Shown here: positions 36,450 through 50,200 of the stretch, piece by piece
How positions within the stretch are numbered: position 1 is the stretch's first letter
Layout of the letters: the number at the start of each line of letters is the position of its first letter
Assembly (NCBI GenBank): GCA_036172245.1
Contig: JAYWIR010000012.1
Location: 2,790,001 to 2,854,000, forward strand
Length of the DNA stretch: 64,000 nt
From: Raillietiella orientalis
Taxonomy: Eukaryota
Direction: 5' to 3'
Made by a program: the position numbers and the translations under genes
Notes under the pieces: model-generated
What the model was told of the DNA's origin: nothing
Databases searched by the model: none
The model's input: only the letters and a program-made list of their open reading frames with translations

Positions 36450-37350
36450 GGTGAGATCTTTGAACTACTGAATTTTATCTAGGGATATATATGTGATTGG
36501 ACGCGCTGTTTTTGCGTACACATCAAAGTCCGAGATGCATTGCTTAGCGCCATTTCGACGATGGACGGCCGCTGCTTACCGAATTTATTGCATCCGTGAC
36601 CACGAGTCCTCTGCGTTAAAGACACGCAAAGCTAGAAGGTCTCAAATGGCAGCTAGTTTGGAGGAGAATCAACTTTCGCGGAACACATACTGCTAAGTCA
36701 TCGAATTCCAAAAAAGACATCAAGAAATAGAAATAGTTCGGCAGCTGCAGGCAACGTTTGAAGCATTTTCAAATTGGATCCTCGAGCATCTTCGACTCGT
36801 TGTGCTCGGAGAAAGACTTCCTCAAGTGTTGTCAATCACCTTTGCTAAAGAATCTTGGTTAACGTGCAAGACGAGAAAATGGAGCTGTAACTTGGAAACG
36901 GGCAAACGCGAAGACGTAGTGTCACGGAGGCAGGGATTCTAAAAGGATGCCAAACACTGGGGAACGCAACCGTGGTGGACAACAAATCGGCCACGATTGC
37001 GTTCCCCTGGGCGAACAATTTGTGGTCGACATCACACTCTTGACTCGAAAAACAAGCTGTGCTGCGATGCTACGTGTAAATGAGGGAGAATAACGGGGTG
37101 GTGGCCTCAGCACCATGCGCAAAAGGAACTGGAAAAACGCCTTGGAAAAAGGGGGTGTTCGTTTAAATGCTTGGGGTTCACAGTTATGTGTAATGAGGAT
37201 AAGATTTCGGAGAATGCAGGACACTTAGCAGTGATTCTCACACAAGACTGGAACATTCCGCGAGTCAAAACGACATCGATTGCTGCACGGGTGCGCTTTG
37301 CCTCATCTGCCCATTCTACGATCGCGGTGGACACAACTGATCAAAAAAAA
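36450..37350 (+). mobile_element. Possible decayed CRE-like RLE non-LTR retrotransposon C-terminus
   Basis: Across frameshifts: SCNLETGKREDVV (C...RHD-like), NRP/HDCVPLGEQFVVDITL (RPxD...VDxT-like), GFTVMCNEDKISENAGHL. Confidence 0.3.
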
Positions 37351-37455
37351 ACACTGACGAAAGCGAACGATGATTTCAGTTATCCTACTAAAAAAGACCG
37401 CTGCCTTTTCTAAGCGTTTTGTTTTCTGTTCTTTCTCTTGATAAAACGAATTTCT

Positions 37456-40400
37456 CTACGTGTTCTTTGAGGAAACAGTTGATGATTCCGACATCATTTT
37501 CTCACTATTAATGAAAGGACTGTTGAAGAGTTGTCTGTTTGCCCTTACCTGCTTTCTGGCCCAAGATAATGAGCCAAAACCTTTTCAAGAGCTGCTAAAT
37601 CACTTCTAGCCTGTAGGGTGCCATTTAACTTGAATAACTGTACTGGCTCACATTGCAGAAGCCGCAGAAGTTCCTCCATCGCTAAACACACGATGTTCTC
37701 CATGACCTTCCGCAAATATGATGGAGCCGTCCAGCTAAGCTGAGACAAAACGAAGAAACAGTCATTTTTTTTTTTTTTTTTCCCGACCAAGCCAAGGCAA
37801 GATTGGATTCTTCCCCACGAAACCCACAACAGACGTGGACCTTTTTTCGCTTCAGCATCCACATTTCCTGAGGAACCACCCAACACAAAGCTCACAATGG
37901 TGGAAGGGTGCAAGTCGAGCAGGGGGAAGGTAAACAAAGGAACCGGAACCACGATCGGGTGGTTTCCCCTCCCCCCTGCCTTCACATGTTCAAAACCTTC
38001 GTTTTCGCATGGATGGACAACTTAACATTCAGCTCCGACGATCCAGGTCACAGTCGCGACAAACTCCACTTGCTACTGGATGAAGGATAGGGATGCTACA
38101 ACTGAATGAAGCCATGAACGGACGGGAGAAACTTGGAAAAAAACGAAACATTACAAGCACCTGCCCTGCGATTTTTTTCTAATTGCGAGAAATACTGATA
38201 TTCCACTCCTGAATGCCCTATCGACATAAGTTTTAGAAATCAATGATTGTGGAAGTTTAATTCCGCATTCCGCATAACAAGACTGCATATTTCATGAAAA
38301 GTAACCTGATGAAATACCCAAAACACTCCAAAAACGAGAACGTGCCCACACTAGTTTTAACTGTCCACCCTACGTTGTTATAATGTGAGTTGCCAGACTG
38401 TACAAATCACGAGATCTGCTCTATCCTTGTGACGACACCGACACGAGGCTAAAGTTTCTTGAATCTGCATTACTGGAGATTCCTGGTTAACAAATGGAAA
38501 TGACACAAGTGCTAGCCTCTACTGGTTAATGACCACTGGTCTTAGATTTCAACTTACTTCCGAATAGATGGCCACGAGTTCATACAGAAGTTCCTTCACA
38601 TACAAACTAACAGTCTCTGGAAATGGACAATGATCCCAAGTGAAATCTCCAAAGTAGATATTCTTTTCTATGCTACCCATCACTGGCAGCCCCTTCTCTT
38701 CCACATAAAGAGTTGTGAAAGTCTTTTCCAGTTCGATTAACCTCTGCTGCCACCGCTGCTAGAAAAGTGTCAGCAAAGTAGCCATTGTGAAAAAGCCTTA
38801 CAGAAAGCATATCAGGAACACTGGGAATCCTCAAGTTCGCCAGGTGAGAAAGCACACGATGAAGGACAACTCTCTGTGTATAATACGACGCATTCATTAA
38901 AAGAAGGAGCTTGTTGCTCTGTTTCTCCTGTTTCAGCTTGGAAGAATCGTGTGCTGTACTTTCTGCGCTCGCTTTCTTTCCGAGAATTTCTATAAGATTG
39001 GCATATGCTTCCAAGATTGCTTGAATGTGAGGCTTCAGATGCTGGCCAATCTGAGGAAGACTCAAAGTACTGATTTCCTTTTTCTGCTCCTTATGAAGGG
39101 TGTTGGTAACTTGAACTAACACGGTGCTTAGCAAGTTTTCGAAATGTTTTGGCTACGAGAGACGCTCATAAATTGTAACGAATTTCAATGAAGGACCCAA
39201 ATTTACCAGCTGAATTAATGATCCCCAATTCGAATCTGTGGTGACTTTCCAAAGATCTGCGTCCACTTCCAGATCTTTTATTTTTTGCAGCGTCTCTTCG
39301 AGCAACATGTCAGCAATGTGAATGCTGTTTCAACAGGTTAGGAGTCTCCGGAATCCTCTGTAACATACCGCGCATCGACAAGTAGTGTCTTCAAAATCTG
39401 CAGCTGCTCCTCCGGAGTTGACAGCAATTCCAAATGTCGCTGACAAGTGCGTATGGTGCGAATAACTTGAGGCATATGCTGGAGATGGGCAGGGCTGGGC
39501 AGCAAATCTTCATGGACCTTGACCATTTGCGAAACCGCAGGGTCCCGACCAGGAAGGAAAACAGCTCGAACAAAGCAGTCATAAAGCATCACGTGATCAT
39601 GAATCAAACGCTGCAAACGTACACCTTCCTCAAGTTTGGAAATTTTTCCTACCTGGCACTGTGGTTTCTTGTCCTCATCAGGAAGACAACCTAACTCTCC
39701 CTCCGCATATGCAGTCCAAAGCTTCCAAAGAGTATGGATGCTTGACATAAACGTGGAGCTCAGTTCCTCTAGATAATTAGCTCTGGCTAAAGCATCGTCC
39801 TGTACTGAAATTGTTTTGCGATGATGTACGAAATCCTTCAGACAGTTCTGCATGGTAGCAACGCTCTGTTCATAGTAGGCGGTCAGGCACACATAGGCGG
39901 GATTCTCTTTGACGTCCAAACTCATCAGATTCCTAATTTAGATGGAGCGTCGGAAGCATGATATGATCAACCCACTTAATGAGGCGCTTCTGCGCGTCCA
40001 ACGTTGACGGGAATTCTTTCAGCTTGTTCCACAAGACCTGCTCCAAGTTGCACATACGCTGCTTCACCTCTTCAAACACTCTTTGGAATACCTAAGAAGG
40101 AAGCAATTCAATCAAGGTTGAGCAGGATCGAACACCTTAATCTCCGTATTGGCAAAAAGTTGTTGGGCACGGATGTAATCGTTTATGACAACCCCATAAT
40201 CATTTTTGGCCACGTTCTCATCGATCATCTGCGGCAAGTTGAACAAAAAACGAAAGCGACGAAGAACACTAAGAGCACTGCGTATGCTATCGGCTGTATC
40301 TTTTCGACCAAGAACGTCTTGGAATAGTTCATCCGCTTCTTTTATGCAGTCTGGAATGTCTCAATGCATTACAACAACAAAAAAAGGGAAAGAAAAAAAA

Positions 40401-41271
40401 GAAATTAGTAACCTGTAATTGCTTCTTGGATAGAGTGGATGGGATGGGAGATGGACTGCTGCTGATCCAATTCGAACCGATGTTTCAGAGCCTGCAGTGC
40501 GGTGAGTTGCTCAAAGATACTCCGGATATTGGACTGAAGTATATCAAATTACACGAAACATCGCCTGAGCATACCTTCAAAAACGATATCTTGCCTTCTT
40601 TTTGGTTCTCTACCGATCTCTGAAGGAAAGTACAGCCTCGACAAAGATCTTCATAGCTTGTTTGGGAATGGTTTTCCAAGAGCCACCAAGCAGGGTCAAA
40701 ATTACTATCAGAAAGGTCTCCAGAGCCTTCTGGAAATAAATCCCGAAGTTCCTCAAGAGGTATTTTCTTACTATAGATTTTTTGGATGAGGAAAAAAAAC
40801 TACAGAAGTACTCACTCGCTATCTTCAAGAGATAAATTGAGGAGATCCTTTGTTTCGTTATAAGTGCTGAACTCTTCTGCAGCTTCCACAGGACTGGAAA
40901 TGCTTTCATCAACCCAAACGGCACTCTCCTGCAGGGGGCCAACTTTTTCATAGTACGGACGGAATTGCACGGTGCTACTTCCAATGCCTCCAGATGATGT
41001 AACGACAATTATGTCCCCTCGGTGCTTGCCTGGACCAGATCTGGCGACTATCTTATTTGGAGAAACCCATTCCGCAGATAATAAGCAGTCAAAATCACAA
41101 ATCATGAGTCCTGAAACATTCATCGCTAAAGCATTCTGGTTCTCTGCGTCCCTGAAAGATCATACCTATCAAATCACGCGCGTCTTTGCCCAGGTTCTCG
41201 CCCCGAATAATAACGCGTGTTCCTGGGGGACCCTCTTTGGGAGAGATCCCCGTCACTATAGGTGGCTGCAT
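37456..41271 (-). CDS. EXOC2: Exocyst complex component 2 (Sec5), multi-exon; last exon and stop uncertain
   Basis: Spliced exons 41271-41166, 41110-40816, 40770-40575, 40533-40413, 40350-40136, 40091-~39976 and further exons to ~37550, with GT-AG introns. N-terminal IPT/TIG domain [28 protein letters not shown]...; [25 protein letters not shown]...[39 protein letters not shown]...YVKELL. Confidence 0.93.
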
Positions 41272-44200
41272 TTAAAAAATAATGAAATTTTATTCGTTCC
41301 TTTTTAATACAATTCTGAAAAACGAAAATCTTTTTTAGTATTTCCCTTTTTTTTTTTTTTTGTATTTCTGCAATTCGAATTCCGACCCCCCACACGCTAA
41401 CTCCAAATGGCAAAAAAATCTATTAGCTTCTTAACTCGTGAAAATGATGTAATGAGTTACACTACCAAAATCGTTACAAAGTTTCCGACAGAAAGAATCG
41501 AGGGCAACAAAAAGGAAAAGAGTAAAGGTTAAGATCTCAAGATTTCATTTTTTCAAAAAAAAAGAAAAAGAAAGAAAGAAAGAAATTACTCCGAAAGGAC
41601 TCAGAACGCAAATAAAATTCCAATCAAAAGTCATTCACACCATTTTGTTCTCAGATCATTTCATCCTCAATCAGTAGACTGTACCTTCTCGCTTAATACG
41701 CCAAAATCAAAGGAATCGCAATACCAATTTTTGATATTTTTATCATGATTATAATAGAGCACGAAAGTTAATATAAACCAAAATCAAACAGCAAAAAGGT
41801 TTATTAAAATTCGATCCATAATGAGAAAATTACATGAACGAAATTGGCCGAAACCTTCAAAAGCAATCAAAGGTAGAAAACTTCAACCTGTTTGTGATAC
41901 CCCAGGAAGTCGAAAACTTGTCACCACTTTGTGACCTCTCGCTTCCTCCTCCTTCCTTCCTCTTCCTTGTCCCTCCCCCCCTCCTTTATTCCTCCTCTTG
42001 GTTAATTTACCTGCTACAAGAACTTTGAAGTTAGGGAAATAAGCAGTTCTGAAATACTGCGGGCTGAACAACGTATAAGACTTACGATCTTTAGCAAACT
42101 ACTGCAAAATACATAATTACAATTAGGTTCAGCCTCTATTTAAAGAGATGAATAGCAATCGAAGATTGCCTCGGCATAAAATCGGATGTTCAAAAATACA
42201 AAAGTTACATTCTTTTGACACGCAGCTACAGGTTTGAATTAATGGACTGCAGACTGAAGAACTTATCTAAACAGTGGTACACACATGAAATACAGTCTTT
42301 CTCCGACTTGAGGAATAAGAACAAGGAATGATAAAATGCTGATTTTAATACAACTGAATTTCAAAGTTCATCCAAATACAATTTCTAAGACTACATAATT
42401 GCTAAACACAATGGAAATGGTCAACACTGTCGTCAGCGTCATTTTTTTTTCAAAAGAAAAAACTGCCCATCTTGAAATTTTCTTCTAATTAGAGAGAACA
42501 AAACCACAAATGGAAAACCATAGAATGAGAATGGAATGAGATGTTTACAAAAGAATACGAAAAAAACGATAAAATGATATCAGTAAAAAGTGCCTTCGTG
42601 TGCAGACATATACATTGACTATACACTGTTTGGTTGTATAGGAATTCCGCTAGAGTCAATAACTGTCAAATTATGGCTGTCATACAGGAATCTCAACCAA
42701 ACCTCATCTGACATCTTTACATGAAACGAAAAAATATCAGATGGTATTTATACTGTTTCGAGTTGGCATTTGTGATGACGGAGAAATGGAAATGCGATGA
42801 ACAAGGGAACCGTCTTTGAGATTTGCGCTTTCTTCTTCGAATATTCAACACGGACATCGAAAGCAAAACTTAAAGAGTTAATCTTAAGTTAATCTGTAAA
42901 TTACTTTCAAAAGTTGCTCCATGACCTTAAAAAGCACGTAAATGCACACCGATACATTTGTCGATGATGGTCATCGACAAATGAGTGTATTCTCAGAAAG
43001 GGGAAAACATGGAAAGCAATGTACTTTGAAACTGACGAGTGTACTCCAACTCCAATGCACTTACGAAAGTAGGCACATGCAAGCATTGCGTACAGTAGGG
43101 GGGGGGGGAAATCGGAACACATTGATAAAGCGTTGTAGGATGAACGAATTAAAACACATAACGCACACGACAGGTGCCCCGAGGCATGCTTTCCTTACAA
43201 GAGACCGTGACAACAGCGATGTCACGACGAAGACTTCAAGCATTCAAAAGCAATCTCATGATAAATAGAAAAAACTACTAATCAGGTTAACAAGGCAAGA
43301 TTATGCATCATTTTCTTAAATGACCGGGAAAGCAACAGCTACTGCTCTAAGATCGTGGCTCTTTCAAGAGATCACTTTATTGAAATAATCAGAAAAATGG
43401 GCTCTGCTGACCTGGGACACAAAGATTCCTACGAAGGATGGGTGAAGGATATTTAAAACACAAAGTATCAAAAGCATCATGAGAAAATAAATCAGAAATT
43501 TCAAGCACAATTTTTCTTGGTTTTGCCTATTTTCCATTCACGTGTAAACTTTTGTTTAAGAAAACTTTATAGGAAAGTGGGGGATGTTTTTCAGTCCGCA
43601 GCATATTCTTTTTGTGATCCACGGACATTCATTTCTCAGTCGTTTCCACACATGTGGATTGATAACCTTTAATGCTCCGAAAGAATCAGAGGATCTCTAG
43701 TGACATTTTCATTTCGTACTTCTGCTCTTAAGCTGCTAAATACAGTGGTTGCTAATAACCATCCTTCTTAAATAATGATACTGTACGTGCTTCAAAATGG
43801 ACCCAAACGATATACAAACATTCCACCCAATTTACAACCAAGGAGCACATAAAAGCAATGCGTTCGACCTTTTCTATCCCATACTTCAAAATGGATTTCC
43901 AAACAACAGAGATTTTTACTGTGCTACTTCCATAAACCGAATTACTACATAAGTAATGGCAGTACATTAGCCCGACTGAAACCGCGTCTTTCGCTGGCTA
44001 CGATGTCGCACACTTTCGTCGAAATCACTAAGAAGCGTGTAGGAAGGAATCAGTACCGAAATCTCCAAGTTCAAATCTTGGATCAAATGATTTTTTTCAC
44101 TGAAAAATCTTTACCCGCTCAGTTTCGTGCAACGAATTAATACAGTACTGTTTTTTTTTTCCTGTGAAGTCCCTTATTTCATTACACCTCAGATCGAATC

Positions 44201-47200
44201 AGAGCGTTGAAAATACAGGGCGTGGCTTAATTTGGATCATTTTAAAGCAAACCTTTCGGCTCACATAAGCCGACAAAACACTCAGTTGATCGGCCGAGAT
44301 GAAACAAAGAAAACAATATTGAAAGAAACAGCGATATATGTTCGTTGTGCTGGACTGCAAGGGGGAGAAAAATCTCTTCGCACGTCCAAAAAACATGGGA
44401 AACTGAGTCAAAACACACACCCACACACACATACATCAAAGGTACCCCAGAATCATTAATAAATTTATACACAATCGTTGGATTTTTAGCGTAATCTTAA
44501 CAGGCCTACTTCTTTCATTAATATGTCAAACGAGTGCACCATAAATAACTGACAGACGAACCTGTGCTGTAATAAATTACCATTACGTTAACCGGAGGTC
44601 CTCAGGACAAAGCTATCCTTCCCTAAAAACCAAGTTTACAACCAGTAGGGCACCGAGAACGAATTAACGATACCTGTGCCTTATTGGAATTGGAGGCCTT
44701 AATAATTTCGAAGCTGAATATAAAAATCGCCTGGAGTGCGCAGAGGACGTTTTGAATCCCATTTCGTATATTAAAACAAACTGTATTTGGCACTTAAACA
44801 ATCGTATGGATCATGTACATAATTCAATGCCATCGAGCAATGGGGGGGGAACAGATTCACTTTCGGGTTTTGTCCCTTTTCCGCCTACTGAACTGCATAG
44901 GGATAAGGAAGTGAGCAGCGCGAATACAAAAGGAATTCGAGGGAAGAAGCAGGAGGACTTCCATCCAAACTGAGCACGACTTGCTAAGTGGTGCACATAA
45001 ATGGAACACTCATACACCCTTCCCCTCAAGAGAAATCAGTACGATTTCCACTTAGCCCAGAACTGCAGTTGGTTGAGTTTACCTGAAACTGTGGGGGTTG
45101 TTTAAAAAATTGCAATGATTTTTTATTAAAATAACAAAAACCAACTTGAATTTTTTACACAGGAAACCAACACTACGGCTGATACAGAATTTCAAATGGA
45201 AACTTATCGAGGTCTCCTGTCAATGCCGCACTTCCTGCTTCCCGAACTGGGTCCAGTCCTCTAGATTAAATGGCAACTTCGTTATCAAGGCAACGTTCTG
45301 CAGCGATCTGGGGGTTCTTAGTTTCTGCCGAGAAGTGTAATGCTGCTTCTGGAGACCTCACCACCTCAAGGATGAGTAGGGCTCTTAATATAAGACAACA
45401 CTATCTAGAAACATAAACATCTTAAATGTACAAAGGAAAACCATATGATGCTACTATGCTGAAATACTGCTATACTGATATGCCAACGTGGAAAAACACA
45501 GATGATTTCTACGTGGATGTTTGCCGGAAACATAAAAAGTCAATCTGCGATCGAATTAAATTGAAATCTGAGGTTTAATTCTTTTGTGATCTTTACGAGC
45601 ACAATGCTGTACAAAAGAATGCAACAACACTTATTTCTCGAAAAAATTTCCCCTCATCAGATGCAAAGGCTCATTGAGTTTGTAACCTTCCAAATGATGT
45701 CGCTTCCTTCATTTTCAAAGAGTGGCTAAATTACAGAAACCACCTCGAAAAAAGAGCCTTTGAATTGAATTTGGCACCTTTTTCCTTTGATTCCCGAAAG
45801 TCTTGACACCTTTTCACTTTTTTTCTTCTTCTACAATATGACGAGCATTCTGCTACAAAGTAAATGGTAAGGATTTTTTCCTTAAGCCAATTTCCGATTA
45901 CCTTTCGACCGGCGTTCAAAGTATTTGAGAAATCTTTCCTTTATGCATAAAAAGGACTAAAATTCCACTGCTACTATCTTTTTGGAAAAGCAAGTAGCTT
46001 ACGGAATGTCCTTTGATCTATCAAATAAGCTGCTCTAGCCCAACTACATGTAATTTCTATTCGCTGGCAACCGTGAAATACAGAAACGACTGCTTCCGTA
46101 CTTCCCAGTTGCGAAAGAACACAAATGTTGCAAATGCGACTGACTGGTTTGCAAAATTTGCCAGAAAATGGCCAGTTCATAACCAGAAGTTCAGTGTCCC
46201 GTACGGTATGATTTTCTCATATTACAGAATCAGTTCTATCGTACGGGATACTGAACTGCTAGTTCATCTTATACACCTTAAGTTCGTCTTATCGTATTAA
46301 AATGAGAAAATAAAAAAAAAAGACTAGAATCAATTCTAGTAAGATGAACTTAAGATGAATCCTGCTGTTCTTACGGAGGGCTCTCAAACGCATCCACAGC
46401 ACAAAGCTTGCACTACAAGTACACACACAACAAGTCTGATCTCTTGAATACATTGTTTTCGTGGAAAACTTGGAAGACCTGCACAAAAGAGGACTTTTAC
46501 ATTTCCTACCACCAAAATGCCAACGCCTCGAAACCAAAACTTCCTAGGCCATATGCAAAAAGGAGATGGAATCAAACTCTAACCCCCGGAAATCTTCTTG
46601 CTATTCCTACTATTCCAATGGAAAAAGGTGCCGACACATTTTGAAAGATGAATTATTCAGATTTTACAGTGAACCCACAACTATTCCACCTCTGAATCTT
46701 TGAACTTCATTTGTGACTGCGCTCAGCAATGGTTCCCCGACCTCTTTCGATTGAGTAAACGACAGATCCCGCAGTGAATCACAGAACAAACGGTTGTTCT
46801 TTGGTTCGTTGAGGAGAAAGAAGTCCTCAAATAGCCAATAGAATTTTCGAAGAAAAAAAAACCCAACGACTCAGAACTCCATCGCTGCTTTTCATTTGGC
46901 TAATTTTCCGAAAAGTCTTCTCGTTCATCTTGGTGAAACTTTCAGCTTCCCTCCTTGAGATGAAAATAGCAATGTCTTTCTTGACAAAGGAATTCGAATT
47001 TGAATTCGGCGAGACATATGTATGGGATTGAAAAAATCTTCCGCTTGCTGCCATCAAACGGCCGAAACCAACGACGTTTCTGCGTAATAGCCCGGTTGCC
47101 TTTCTCTCTCATTACATGAAATCCAAGAATATTTGAGCACCAAAAACAAACGACCATCTGCACACCAGAACATTAATCACTGCATAATACGATGATCAGC

Positions 47201-50200
47201 TTGATATGGGAAAAATCACAGATACGCTGCTGCACCGCCAAGGAAGCGTTTCCTACGAATAAGCATCCTTATCTGAAGGAGAGTTACTTGGGTGTTGCTT
47301 CATCAGAAACAATTTCAGATGACATTCTGAATGGTTAAACCAGGGTGAGCGCTGCTTAATAAGTAATCCAAAGTTGCAAAGAACAACCAATAAAAATACC
47401 TATCCACCATTCCTCAGTTTCATTCCACCTTGCCGGGCACTCTTTGCGTGCCATGTGCTTCGTGAAAGAGAGAAAAAAAGAAAACGCCAGCTGGCACATG
47501 ACGAGCCCCACCCACGATAAAGGTGTGCTGTACCCACGCACACCTTTATCGTTTGAAAACTCACACACAGTAACAAACTACTGAGACGATGCGTGATGTT
47601 ACCGACAGGAGGAAAGTACCATTCACTCATCACCATAGGTACGTGCTTGACAACGAAAAACACTGCACAAACAAGAGACATCTCCTTACCTTTTGGGGCG
47701 TTCGGCAAAACAATCGGGATTGAAGGCAGAATTCTGTAAAGATGACAAATGCAAATATGCAAAATAAGGATGGCATAACACCTTTTTGTTGAAATTGATT
47801 AAACAAATGTATCATAAAGAATTAACATTAGCTTGCAATAAAATTATCAACCTTTCATATTCAGTGCAAGAAATATCTATTGAATTCAAGAGACACATCT
47901 AGGAAACGTGTAGCGCTAGTAAGTGTACATCAAAACTTGGCACTCACCTTCAACTGGATCGGTACTGAAGGAGGAAGAATTGATTTTGTTTTATCGTCTG
48001 AAGTTCGACAGGAACAGCGGCACTTGATTTCCGTAATGTTCATTATCTCTTCTAGAATCCTTATGAAATCATCACAAGTGTTATTTAGTAATTCGGTGTT
48101 GCGATCGAGTTCCTGAAACATGGTACAGAAACGAATTAAAATCATGCAGCAGTTCCAACGATATTGGCGTACACAAAACTGATAAAGAATCCGCATTAAA
48201 TTACTATGACTAAACAAGGTGAATGGGATCACCGAACGATAGGAAACCTTCCGTTCTGATCAGGCTCTGACGACGTTGGGGAGAAAAACCCAAACCTCAT
48301 CCGGATGTAACGCATCCCTTCTACGAAGAACGTTTTAGTTATCTTTAAAACAACTCTCCTTCATCACGAGATTACTGAGTGCCTCACTGAGTACACAGAT
48401 GGAAGAACTTCTGAGTGAATATAAGTGGACTTCGCGGAGATTTCCTTTTCACTTAATGCGTCAATGGGTTACGAATAAAGAAAATTCCAGCAAATCATCG
48501 ATCGGCACTTGTCTTTCATCCCTGTCAAAAAGGATGCAACACTGCTACAAGATTATAAGAATCCTTCGAGAACTATTTCACCGAGTGATAATTTTCAAAT
48601 GGAGTGTTACTCAAAGACCTGCAAAGCCACAACAGTACAAGTGTACTACAAATGTACAACCCGTTCCTCAAGCAAACAAATCACCTTTGCTTTTTTCCCC
48701 CTACGTTGTTCTGGAAGCAAAAACTTTGTGTATTTACTAAAACGGCAGAAAAGGCGAAAGCACACTTCGCCTTTTTTTTTTTTTTTTTTTGCCGTTTCGG
48801 AGGTTCTGTTTGCTCTCACTATAAGTATAGTAAGAGTAAACATTATCAATAATTCATCATTAATTCAGACGTTCAACCTCAGAAATTCACTTCAGACGAA
48901 TACCTTTCAGAGAACAAGCGATGAATTGCACGCTATCGTGCCTTCCGTTCAAGTTGAGAAAACTTTACCCAGAAAATAAAGTATTTTTTTTGGAGCCACG
49001 TAGATAGGAATGAGATCACTGCTCTTCAATAAAAACAAATTTCCTGTTCTGTATTCTGTTTAACTTGAAGTCTTAACTTAATGAACTCAAAATAAATGCA
49101 CTGCCCATACTGAAACGTCTTCAGAAACACTTTAAAACCAAGATGACAACACTTCGGACAGCTTAGATGAACGAAGAAAAGGCTGAATTTTCCTCAAACT
49201 TTCTACAAACTGAAGAAGCAAGATAATGTCAACTTGGTAAGGTTGCACAAATGAATTTACAGTATGTAATAATGCATAGCAGCACTCAATATGAATTCCC
49301 TGCCTGCTGGAAAACAGGAAAACACAGTTAAGCATCTGCTAACCAAAGAATGCTAAGAAGATATCCGGCTCCAAGTACTACGAATCTAAGCAGAAACAAA
49401 CGACGGAGAAATGTAAAGGTTCTGGCACTCATACCCGTGCTGCTATACGTCGGGGAATCAAGATGATTGGTTGAGCAATCTGGAAACATAGTAAATCAAC
49501 GACATAACCCCCATCCTGACCCAAGTTTCATGAGATACACGAAAGACTTTTACCATCAACACATGTGGGGCTGAAAGCGGATAAAGAGTTCTTGGCTACT
49601 GCGTTCGAAACGAACTTCGGTTTTTCTAGCAGTATGTATAGATATATCCACATTTATTAGGTCGAACGTTACAAACATTTTCGTGAAACCTTTTGTGGTC
49701 AGAAGCGGCGAAGTTGAGCACAGAAACAAAGCCGAAGGTTTGCCAAACACCGGAGTGGACCAGTTACCAAAAGCACTTGGTTTCACATTCCAGCATCCTC
49801 AAAACACAACTAGGGAAAAGATGCATGAAGCCAAGCAAAAGCAGCCTCAAATATAGCTGGCAGTTCAGAACCCCGGAAATTTCAGCTCTGGATGCGACAG
49901 TTCATTGAAAGCAGGAGAAACCGATACATAATCCACACAAGAAAATACCTCGCTTGGATCTCAAAATTCCCAGTCGCGCTTTCCCGACATGGACCAAGAC
50001 TCTTTAATCGCAAAAACGAACAGAAAACCGCTTTTCTTAACGTTGTTGTTTCTTTGATGAATACAGGGAAATAAAGGGAATACTCTAATTCAGGGAATGC
50101 CTATTTCGAGGGGAATACTCTAAGCATTTGGTCTTGTAGATGTTACTACGAACTTTCATTTGAAAAAAAAAAACTTGAAAATGCCTTTTTCCCTAAATTT

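Noticed and set aside
42619..42642. let-7-like words (ctatac...ggttgtatag)
   Set aside because: The order is wrong, there is no seed, and the stem is far too short for a pre-miRNA.
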